Shown in pieces: positions 35,106-45,898 of a stretch of DNA of 64,000 bases (positions are counted from its first letter, which is position 1; every line of letters begins with the position of its first letter). The stretch is from Azolla caroliniana (taxonomy: Eukaryota; Plantae; Polypodiophyta), in the NCBI GenBank assembly GCA_043228905.1, contig JBHGNT010000014.1, positions 14,198,001 to 14,262,000 of the forward strand. The letters run 5' to 3'. The notes beneath the pieces are model-generated. The model ran no database searches and was not told the origin of the DNA. It was given only the letters and a program-made list of their open reading frames with translations. The translations under genes were made by a program, and so were the position numbers.

Positions 35106-36758
35106 ATGGAGAATCAACAAGAGGCGATGAACATGATGATGATGATGTTCGAGAGAATGCTACAAGAACAACGCGAGATGTCGGAGATCACGACAGTAGT
35201 ACAACGGCTCGTGCAACAGAACGGGCAATTCGATGGAAAGGACGTGTCACGCTATCTACGTGACTACAAAATGGAGATGTTGCGATATGGTATCTCAGAA
35301 AGATTGCAAGTGTTATCTTTCAACCGGGTGGCTACGGATGAGCTTCAAGAGAGAATCCACGAGATACGACAACAAAGCCCGATGTGGGAGTCCTTTGAAG
35401 AAGCTATACGAGACACATATGACTATCTAAGACCGAAGCGGACGAGGACATGGTCCACGAACGGCGGTCAACAGTGGGTGAAAAGCGGCCACCGACTACC
35501 ACCGAAGGAGAGCTTGATGCGGAAGGGTTCGGAGATGCATGAAAAGTCGCAAGTCGACATTGAAGGGGAGCTTAAAACCGAACCAAAGTCGAGGCCAACA
35601 AAGGACGAGGAGGAGGAAGATCGAGGACGAAAGGGTATCCCCACACCGGTTCCAGAGACTTCGGCGGCTGTGCCCGTGCACCAACGTGAGACCGGAGAGA
35701 CGGAATGTGTCGGTGGAAAAGTGGAGGACCGGAAGGGCAACGAGGAAGACAAAGTAAATGAGCACGAACGAAGGGATTCCTTCACCATTGTTTCGGAGAC
35801 TTCGGTACTGGAGCCCGGGTGTCGACATAACACCGAAGATAAGGAAAGTGGCGGCAACGAAACGAAGGTCGAAGCCGATGCATACGAAGGAGAGATAGCC
35901 AAGGAGAACATGGCTATGGGTGAAACAACGGAAGATGATAATACCGAGGATTCCTACCCACTAATTCTAGAGACTTCGGCGGTTGTGTCCGAGAACCAAC
36001 GTGAGACCGGAGAGACGGGAGGTGGCAACAAGGAAGGTAAAGTCGGAAGCCGGTTCGGATGGAAGATGATCCGTCTGAAATTCCGATGTAAACAAAAGCA
36101 TGACAACGCGAAGGTCGGGTCTACGATGGGAGAAGCATGTAATACGGAGCACGCACTACGGCACCAAAAGAAGCACGTGCTACGGCGTAAAGAGAAGCAC
36201 ACGCTACGGCGCAAAAAGAAGCACGCGCTACGGTGCAAAAATAAGCATGCACTACGGGGTAATACGGCGCATGCACTACGATGGAATACGAAGCATGCGC
36301 TACGGCCTAATACGACGCATGCGCAACATCGAGAAATAAAGCATGCATTAAAGCCGCACAAGGACCTAACAGCGAGCGCGTATTTGGAGGTCAACATCGA
36401 CGCGTGGGTAGAACCTACGGAAGACAAGCGCGGAGTGGAGAGAGACAACACACCGAGATGCTCAAGAGTACCACAAGGGACCATGACAACCACTCATGGC
36501 AATGCAAAGAATGAACAAAGAATATGGTGGATCGGATGGCGACAATGGTTCGGGTGGAAAGAATGGGTCTACTCAAAATGGAGAGACAAAGTTGACATAG
36601 TGGGACAAACGGAGGATGAAGGGGAGACAACGAGCATCGGCAACTTCGGCACATACCGGAGGATGTGCGGGTTCGGAGGGGGCGAGTGTCGTAGTGTATT
36701 TCGTACACTACGTGAAAAAAGTAAAAATAATATAACCGATTTAATTACATATAAATAA
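35106..36758 (+). CDS. Gag-derived protein (copy 2, translation identical to copy 1)
   Basis: Same ORF shifted by 2333 bp. Confidence 0.75.
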   Translation: MENQQEAMNMMMMMFERMLQEQREMSEITTVVQRLVQQNGQFDGKDVSRYLRDYKMEMLRYGISERLQVLSFNRVATDELQERIHEIRQQSPMWESFEEAIRDTYDYLRPKRTRTWSTNGGQQWVKSGHRLPPKESLMRKGSEMHEKSQVDIEGELKTEPKSRPTKDEEEEDRGRKGIPTPVPETSAAVPVHQRETGETECVGGKVEDRKGNEEDKVNEHERRDSFTIVSETSVLEPGCRHNTEDKESGGNETKVEADAYEGEIAKENMAMGETTEDDNTEDSYPLILETSAVVSENQRETGETGGGNKEGKVGSRFGWKMIRLKFRCKQKHDNAKVGSTMGEACNTEHALRHQKKHVLRRKEKHTLRRKKKHALRCKNKHALRGNTAHALRWNTKHALRPNTTHAQHREIKHALKPHKDLTASAYLEVNIDAWVEPTEDKRGVERDNTPRCSRVPQGTMTTTHGNAKNEQRIWWIGWRQWFGWKEWVYSKWRDKVDIVGQTEDEGETTSIGNFGTYRRMCGFGGGECRSVFRTLREKSKNNITDLITYK

Positions 36759-39460
36759 ATAAAATAATATATGAAGATATTTATCACGTGCATAGGGCAG
36801 GATTCGAACCCTGTACCTCCACGTAGCCAAACCTCAACTTTACCATTATGCTACCTTATCTTTAGTGTTCTATAAATAGATTTAATAACTATAACTACTT
36901 TATTTGCACCTACCTTTATTAAAAGGTAAATCGTGCATTTTTAGAGTGCGTGAATATTTTATAGAAAACTAAAAAAGTGACTCATGCACATCTAGCGTGC
37001 ATGAGCACTATATTTAGCAAATAAAAGCAAGGATTAAGAAAGCATCACATGCACATTTAGTGTGCATGAACATATTAGAAAAAGCATGTAGCTATGTTTA
37101 GTCTCTCCCATCACTATATAAGGATGGGGAGCACATTGTAGTTTTTGTTGATTATTTTTCTATAATGATCAATCAATCTAAAATATTCGTGGGATTCACG
37201 AATTTGCTAAAATAATTCTCTCTTACTACCTAAATATTGACTAAATATACTAAACTCGTGGGATTCACGAGATTCTTATCTTATAACTCTTTATACCTAT
37301 TCTATACTAGCCTTATTTGTATTTTTCTTTTCTCCTAGTCCAAAACCCCGGTGGTTCCCACCCGACTCACGCAAACGATCCGGAGCCGAAAGGCACGACA
37401 GCGTGCCTCTCCTTCGGGAATGGGAGTCGATGTTGTTTGCCGAGTTGACACGCTTCGCATACTCGGTCGACTCGTTTCGACTCGAATGTCGAAAGTCCGA
37501 TGACAACTCCCTTTGTTTGCATAGCTCGGAGCTGTTGGAGGTTGATGTGGACGATTCTTTTGTGCCACAACTCAATGCTTGTCTCGGTTTTGAGACCTTT
37601 AGCATACATTGCCGATTTCACCTCGTTCAAATCGAGGATAAACATTCGACCATCTCTCCACCCCTTCGCTATGAGTCGGCCATCTTTCTTGATGAAACAA
37701 CCTTTGTTGTTGAAGCGGACTTCCATTCCTTGCTCCACGATTTGTCCTACCGACACCAAATTCTTCGTTATCGTGGGCACATGCAAGACATTCTTAATGC
37801 AATTGTTCTTGCCACCATTGTCGAATGGAACATTGCCGATGTGCCGAATGGGATGCGTGGTGTCGTCTCCTGTCTCTATGTAGCCGGGTCGATCCGGTGT
37901 ACGCAAGTCATTGAATTACTCCTTGTGGGATGTCATGTGATGTGAGGCACCGGAATCGACGAACCACGCGTCTTCCGAATTGGAGGTGCTTGCGGAGTTG
38001 GAGGTTGTCATAGAGTTCGCTCTATCACTCATTATGAACATTTCGCCACCGTCGCCGTAGTTGGAATTCGTGGTGCAATTTGTAAACATTTCACTATGAT
38101 CGTCGTAGTTGGAATTCGATGCGTGATTCATGAACATTCCGCTATGATTGACATAGTCGGAGTTCGATGCGTAGTTTGTGAGTTGTCGACTTGTTGAAGC
38201 CGACTCGCTTCTCTTTTTCCAACACTCCGCCTCGTAGTGGCCGATTTTGCCGCAATAATTGCAAGTTGCGGGCCTCGTTTGCCGACCATGTTCGACATGG
38301 AAGATCCCTTTCTTCCGAAGATTCCTTGATGGCTTCCATCTTGTTGTCGAAGGTTTGAGTTCCCTTAGTGTGATGTGTCAAATCGACCACTGCTACCGCC
38401 ATGACCTCGTCCTCGGCCACCGTCCGAATTGAGAAGAACATTTGTCCTTCTGACATCTTGCTTTTGGTTTGGACATGGTTCTCTTCGACCAATAGCATTA
38501 ATTGGAGGTCGAAGAATGAAGGAGGTTTTTCTCTCGCCAAGATTGTTGTTCGTAATGAATCGAATCGTTGTGCGAGGCCGCCCAAGCATACTTGAACCAT
38601 CTCGTCTTCGTCGACATGCCAAGTGAGTCGCAAATGCTCTTGATCTTGGTGGTATAGTCCAACACGGACATGTCTTTTTTGTCGAATGTTATTCAACTCT
38701 TGTTGGAGTTGAAGCTTGCGGGCAATCGTGTTGGCGGCGAACATCTTTTTCAAGTTCTCCCACACCTCTTTAGGCATCTTGGTGTCTCGAATGTGGCTAA
38801 GTATGTGGTCGTTGACACATGTTGCCAAGCAATACATGACTGGACTAGCCGCTTGCTCCCATGTTGAGTAGTCGGCGTTCTTTGGGTCGGGTCGATTTTC
38901 TTGAGCGTCGTTGATGTAGCTCCAATACCCTTGACTGACGAGGTATTGGGTCATCTTGTACTCCCAAGATGAATAATTTCTCCGGTTTAGCTTTTCACTA
39001 GGGAGCGAGCTACCCATTTGTGTATTCATGTTGATTGTAGTGTCTTCTCTTCTTTTGTTTTTCTTCCTTCGATCACGTACACATGCTACATAGTGGCACT
39101 ACCGTAGCCGATAGCTGGATTTTGTCGTCAGCATCTCGAACACACTATTATGAAGAGGCAGATGAGCTTAGTGGATGTGCTAAACCACACGCTTTGATAC
39201 CATGTAAAGAATTAGGTAAGTAATTAAGTAAGGGTTAATTAGTACCTATTTAAGTGATCAGTTGATAAGCGGAAGATTAAGTGATATGTGTGTGTATGTG
39301 TGTGAGAGGAAGACAGAGAAAGAGAGAGAGGCACTTATGAACAACACAAGATGGGGGATGAGTAACTATATTAAATTAGCATTATCATCATCATCAAATA
39401 CAAAAATATCATCAATGAAGTATATATAGATCTCATGTGCAAGGGTGCACATGTGTGAGG

Positions 39461-40112
39461 AGAATATAGGTACAACCGTGTAAGTCCTATATTAAATGAC
39501 CTTGGGAGTGGAGGATCTAGAATATCCTACGTAAGTACAAGGTCCTATTTAAGTCGTTATAGCCAACACTTCTAACTAGATTCTATCTAGGTAACTATGA
39601 AGTTACATGGTTGACTAACTAACTAAACTAAGTTAAGCTTGATCTCTCAACAACAATATTAAATAATATATAATTCAAGGAGATGTCAATATGAAACATA
39701 ATGTTAACTCCCGATACACAACATATACAAATGCATCATAACAGTTCTAAATCAGGTAGGAAAACAAGAATAATAAGGATGACAAGAATATAGGTACAAT
39801 CGTGTAAGTCCTATATTAAATGACCTTGGGAGTGGAGGATCTAGAATATCCTACGTAAGTACAAGGTCCTATTTAAGTCATTATAGTCAACACTTCTAAC
39901 TAGATTCTATCTAGGTAACTACGAAGTTACATGGTTGACTAACTAACTGAACTAAGTTGAGCTTGATCTCTCAACAACAATATTAAATAATATACAATTC
40001 AAGGAGATGTCGATATGAAACATAATGTTAACTCCCGATACACAACATATACACATGCATCATAACAATTCTAAATCAGGTTGGAAAACAAGAATAATAA
40101 GGACGACAAGAA
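39461..40112. repeat. 324-bp tandem duplication spanning the end of the copia D LTR and its flank
   Basis: agaatataggtacaa.. starts at 39461 and 39785. Each copy includes the LTR end, the ACAAT TSD and about 130 bp of flank. Confidence 0.9.
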
Positions 40113-40352
40113 CAACATGCTCAAAAAAAAGGACAAGAACAAGTACAAGATCAAGATCATTTAACGAGAACCCTCTTTCAATATATCAACATGTACAAAA
40201 TTCAAGAACCCTAAATGACAATAACACATAGAATCAAACATACATTAGAACATGTACCAAATGTCATTAGGGTTGGGGTTGTAGAAAATTCAAGCACCTA
40301 TAGAAAATGACATAAGCATGTTGACGGACTCTCAAATTCAAGCATATGCATG

Positions 40353-43300
40353 TGTTGAGCGGCAAGCTCAACTGGAGCCGGATCGGCTGAATAAGCCTGA
40401 GCCGGCAAGCGAGATGGATCGGTAAGCTGTGAGCAACCGAGCCGGCAAGCAGCAGAGCCGGTGAGCTAGGGAGCCAGTTAGCCGGATCCAATCAGTAATC
40501 GGAAGCCTAGTATTAGTGTAGACTACTAGGCAATTATAATCTCGTAGTAAGTGGCAGATGCTCATGTGAGCATTGAGGTATGTGGTACTACTATCAGTCC
40601 CACAAGGACTTATATAAATGATGCTACTGAGTATAGTTGTATGGACAGAGTGTTTTATATATTTTTCAATATAGCTTTTGCGTTCTGCTCTCTCTGTCTC
40701 TCCTGCGTACTCTGTGTATTCCCTACTTTCTCTGTTTTTTTTCTAACACTTCCGCAAGTAATCGTTTACATGGTATCAGAGTGCGAGGGTTGAGAACCTC
40801 TGCAGCCGACAAACGCTTGAAAGCAAACCCTAACAGGTCGTAAGAACAGCAGAAAAGAAGTGACGGATAGAGAGATGGCTAGCTCGCTCCCTGTGGAGAA
40901 ACTCGACAGATCCAACTATGCATCTTGGTCATATAAGATGCACCAGTACCTGCTTGGGCATGGCTATTGGAGTTTCATCGAAGGAGCCAACGAAACAGCA
41001 CTTGATGCAGCACATAAGGACTTCCCAGTGTGGGAACATTCGGCAAGTAAAGTGATGTACTGCTTCGCGTCCAGTGTCGGAGACCAGTTGCTGAGCCACA
41101 TCCGAGACGCCAAGACGCCGAAGGAGGCTTGGGGGAACATGAAGAAGGTGTTCGCTGCGAGCACAACAGCCCGGAAGCTGCAACTCCGATAGGAGTTGAC
41201 GAATGTCCGACAGAAGGACATGTCGGTGGCGGATAACACGGCCCGGATCAAAGAGATCTATGACTTGCTTGCCTCTATCAACGTTACCGTAGAGGAAGAT
41301 GAGATGGTACAGGTCTGTCTTGGGGGCCTGGCGTCGAAGTTCAAAGCGTTCCGAACGGCGGTGTGTACAAGGGAAAATACGCCGTCATTTTTCGACTTAC
41401 AATCGATGCTCCTTGTAGAGGAGAACCATGCCAGTGTGTCAACCAGCGCACCCACTGACAGCCGAATGTTGTACACAGAGGCGGATCGGTCCCGTGGGCA
41501 TGGTGGACGAGGCGGGTCGGCACGCAATGGAGGCGGCCGGCAAGAGCAAGAACGAAGGCATAGAGAACGTGCCGACAGCAGTTCCGGGACCTCCACAAGC
41601 AGGGGGAGTCAAGGCGGTGCCGGAGGCCGGCAAGACAAATCTGCAACGGAATGCTGGTACTGTGGCAAAAAGGGCCACAGAGAAAGCGAGTGCATGAGAA
41701 AACACGTCGATTCAAACAAATCCGGATCCAGCAAGGCCAGCAAGGATGGCCGGCAAAGCTCGCACTACGCGAAGGGATCGGGCGGATCCAAGAACGGTAA
41801 CAGGCCAGCCTTGGTGATGAAGCACGAGGCGAACTCGATGAAGAAGACCACTTCCAAATCAGAGGAAGTGTGGTATGTTGATTTTGGTGCGTCGAACCAC
41901 ATGACGAACCACAAAGAGTGGTTCTCCTTTTTGGAGAAACCGGATCAACCAGGAGCAATCGAAACCGGAGACGACACTCCTCACCCAATTGTGCACATCG
42001 GAGAAGTCCCTTTGAGCCACGTCGGACAGAAGGGGAAGCTGATGAACGTATTACACGTTCCGACGATCACGAAGAACCTGGTGTCGGTTGGGCAGATCGT
42101 CGACCAAGGGATGCAGGTGCGGTTTACACACCTCAGGTGCTTCATCGAGGAAGAGGGCCAGATTATTGCGCAAAGGCGTAGAGACGGGAGGATGTTTATC
42201 CTCGACAACAATGACGTCAGAACTGCTCTGTTTGCGAAAGGACAAAAGGTAGAATCAGACATCGACCTGTGGCACAAGCGGATAGGCCACGTCAATTACC
42301 GGAAGCTTCAAGACCTGCAAACGAAACAAGTTGTTTTCGGTTTGCCGAAGTTTAGCAGTCAGAAGGCCCAAGTATGTGAAGCCTGCCAAATCGGGAAGCA
42401 ACACCAGCTTCCATTCCCCATCGAACGTAACCGGCGCCGTAACAAGCTCGACCTTGTCCATTCGGATGTGTGGGGACCGACACAAAATGTTAGTCTTGGC
42501 GGGAGTCGATATTTCGTCTCCTTCATTGACGACTATACGCGGCACACATGGATCTACCTCATTGAGCGTAAGAGTGAAGTCTTCGAGTGTTTCCAAAGTC
42601 TCCAAAGCATGGTGGAATGGGAATCGGAGAGGAAGATCAAATGCCTGTGGTCGGATGGCGGAAAAGAGAACTTTTCCAGCCAATTCAACAGTTATCTGCA
42701 ACAAAAGGGAATTCGGCGAGAGTTCAGCTGCAGATACACACCACAACAGAACGGTGTTGCCGAAAGGAAGAACCGGTCGCTTATTGATACGCCAAGGGCA
42801 ATGTCGGAGGAGAAGAGCATGCCCAAATTCTACTGGGCGGAGGCAGTCCGAACAGCTGTCTACATCCAGAACCGGATCGATGACAAGGTGTCAGCTCACG
42901 AGCTGTATTTCGGACGCAAGCCGAATTTGAGACACCTTAAGATCTTCGGTAGCATTGCATATGTGCATGTACCAGAAGAGAAGCAGAGGAAGCTGGATGC
43001 AAAATCGGAAAAATGCATCCTAATTGGCTATGCTGAAGAGCAGAATGGTTATAAGTGTTATAACCCCGGACAAAGCAAGTCCGAGTTAGTCGAGATGTCG
43101 AGTTCGATGAATCGGCATCGTGGTACTCCTTACCGGCTCCGACTTCTGAATCTAACCCGGTGCCGGAGAATGAAACTAGTGAGCCTGATCCGGGCCAAGT
43201 AGAGAATGATGAAGCGTGCACTCAGGATGACAATCTGGAATCATTCCGGTTGAGCGGGCCAAATGAGAGACTGAGTCAATCTGACCAGTCCGATGATGAA

Positions 43301-45898
43301 CCGGCGAGTAGTGGAGACTCTGTCGTGCACTCCCCGCGCAAGGAACCGAGGCCACGGTTCACGCGCAAAGAGAAGTGGAAGAAAAAGATGCCGGAATTCG
43401 AAACCGGCAACGATGAGTCGGATCAGTGTGCATCCGACTCCGGCAAGGAGAAAGGCGGATCTTCGGCAATGAAGACCGAACCGGCCAAGAAGGGCCTCAA
43501 AGCGGGTAACAGTGAGTTACGTTGGCCTCAAACCGATCGGATGCAAGTGGGTGTACAAAGTAAAGTACAACGCCGACGGATCAGTTAACCGGTACAAGGC
43601 CCGGTTAGTGGCGAAGGGATATGCGCAGACCCACGGAATCGACTACGACGAGACCTTCGCTCCTGTAGCGAAGATGACGACGGTTTGTGTGGTGCTGGTG
43701 GTTGCTGCGGCAAGGGGGTGGCATCTTCATCAGATGGATGTGAAGAATGCATTTCTTCAAGGTGATCTTGAAGAAGAAGTCTTTATGACTCAGCCTCCTG
43801 ATTTTCAATCGAAGATGAACAAGTCAACGCTATGCCGGCTGAAGAAGTCGTTGTACGGCCTGAAGCAAGCGCCTCGAGTTTGGAATGCGAAGATCACGCA
43901 CCGGTTGCGTAAGATGGGGTTTGTGGCCTCCAAATTGGACTCTTCATTGTTCATCCGGCAAGGCTCAGCCGGTGCGGTATGTATACTACTGTATGTTGAT
44001 GATCTAGGCATCACCGGACCAAGAGTTCTAGAAATCAACCGCGTCAAGTCCCAGTTGTCAGACGTATTTGAGATGAAGAACCTGGGGGACCTTCATTATT
44101 TTCTAGGGATCCAGGTGATCCGAACCCCCGACGGCATATTACTCTCACAACGACATTACGTCTTGAATATGTTGTACAAGTTCGGCATGATAGAATGTCG
44201 ACCTGTCTCCACACCATTGGACCGGAACCAGAAGCTCCGTCCCAACACCGAACCGGCCTGCGATGAGAAACGGTTCCGACAAATCGTCGGAAGCCTTATT
44301 TACTTGACTATCACACGACCGGACATCAGCTATCTGGTTGGAATGATAAGTCAGTTCATGCAGAAGCCGACCGTGGAGCACCTTTAGTGCGCTCAAAGCA
44401 TATTGCGGTATGTCAGCGGCACGAAGGACCGGGGACTGTTATACCGGCGCGGTATACCCAAAGAACTCGTCGGTTACACGGATGCCGACTGGGCCGGCGA
44501 TGCATCAGATCGCCGATCAACCTCCGGTTACATGTTTTCCCTAGGTAGCGCGGTTGTTGCGTGGAGCAACAAAAAGCAGACAACAGTTGCTCTGTCGAGC
44601 ACTAAGGTTGAGTATCTGGGCACTACCATTACCACCTGTGAAGCCATTTGGCTTCAGCGACTGCTACAAGACCTACGGATCGAGGTACCGACCCCGATTC
44701 TGGTCTACTGCGACAACATAAGCAGCATGCAACTCGCCAAGAACCCCGTATTCCATGCTCGCACAAAGCACATAGAAGTGCACTATCACTTCGTGCGTGA
44801 GCGTGTCCTGAGCGGTGAGGTTGAACTTCGGTATGTTCACACGGATCGGCAAGTTGCCGACATCTTCACCAAACCACTCGGATCGGACAAGTTGCAGCAC
44901 TTCACTGAAATGCTTGGTGTTCAGCATCTCGACGTGCCACACTTGAGGGGGAGAACGGGCAAAGACACCGGAATGGGCAAAGGCAAAGAGACTGCCGATT
45001 GCGCCACTGAGGGAAGAACAGGGGGTGGCAGAGTCAAGAAGGACAGAGCCGACCGAAGGAAGAAGGCCAAGACTCGGACATGGTCTGATGTGGTGAAGGG
45101 CTTGGAACCAGAAGACGAATCGGGAGCAACCGATTCGGACAAGAGCTGGAATGAATCGGAGACAGTCGATTCGGTTCAAAAGACTGATTCGGAAGAACCA
45201 GATCAATTCAAGGCCATGCAAACACGGATGCAGCGGAAGTCGATGCCATCGGGGAGGAACCGACGGATCAGCAAGCGCCGGAGTCATAGTAGTGAAGGAG
45301 TTGAGAGGGGCCTATTGAGCAGACATACCGACCGAGAAGGTTGAGGCGCGCAAAACAAGAGGGGTCGCGGCAAATAGAACCGGACCGGACGAGGAGCGCA
45401 AGCAAGGCGGAGCGACGCCAGGAGAAGTTGGTTGGAAGAATTAACTGCCACAGAGACTGACACTAGGATCCAACCTCGAGTTGAGATTGAGGGGGAGTGT
45501 TGAGCGGCAAGCTCAACTGGAGCAGGATCGGCTGAATAAGCCTGAGCCGGCAAGCAAGACGGATCGGTAACCTGTGAGCAACCGAGCTGGTGAGTTGGGG
45601 AGCCGGTTAGCCGGATCCAATCAGTAACCGGAAGCGTAGTATTAGTGTAGACTACTAGGCAATTATAGTCTCATAGTAAGTGTCAGATGCTCGTGTGAGC
45701 ATTGAAGTACGCGGTACTTCTGTCAGTCCCACGAGGACTTGTATAAATGATACTACTGTGCATAGTTGTATGGATAGAGTGTTTTATATATTTTTGAATA
45801 TAGCTTTGAGGTTCTGCTCTCTCTGTCTTTCCTGCGTACTCTGTGTATTCCCTACTTTCTTTGTTTTTTTCTAATGCTTCCGCAAGTAATCGTTTACA
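40353..45898 (+). mobile_element. Ty1/copia element E, both LTRs present, same family as A
   Basis: LTRs at 40353-40770 and 45498-45898, PBS TGGTATCAGAG at 40771, PPT TTGAGGGGGAG at 45487-45497, TSD GCATG/ACATG with one mismatch. Confidence 0.96.
40860..45344 (+). pseudogene. Copia E gag-pol pseudogene
   Basis: CWYCGKKGHRESEC, WYVDFGAS, HSDVWGP, NGVAERKNR, LYVDDL, GYTDADWAG, ADIFTKPL. Contains stops, a frameshift near 43070 and an internal deletion near 43520 relative to A. Confidence 0.95.

Larger units (their letters stand above)
32021..37400 (+). mobile_element. Tandem LTR-ORF-LTR-ORF-LTR non-autonomous gag-only element (TR-GAG-like), tRNA-Trp primed
   Basis: Three 714-bp LTRs (32021-32734, 34354-35067, 36687-37400; TGTCGT..ACGACA) with period 2333 bp. 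One 4-bp TSD GCGT at 32017-32020 and 37401-37404. PBS at 32739 and 35072; PPT GGAGGGGGCGAG. Confidence 0.95.
30202..39652 (-). mobile_element. Copia D, non-autonomous (RT and RNase H deleted), host of the tandem element
   Basis: LTRs at 30202-30665 and 39203-39652, 5-bp TSD ACAAT (30197-30201 and 39653-39657), PBS TGGTATCAAAGC at 39191-39202, PPT at 30666-30676. gag 38142-39029, protease WFVDSGAS, integrase split at 32021/37400. No RT motifs. Confidence 0.93.
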
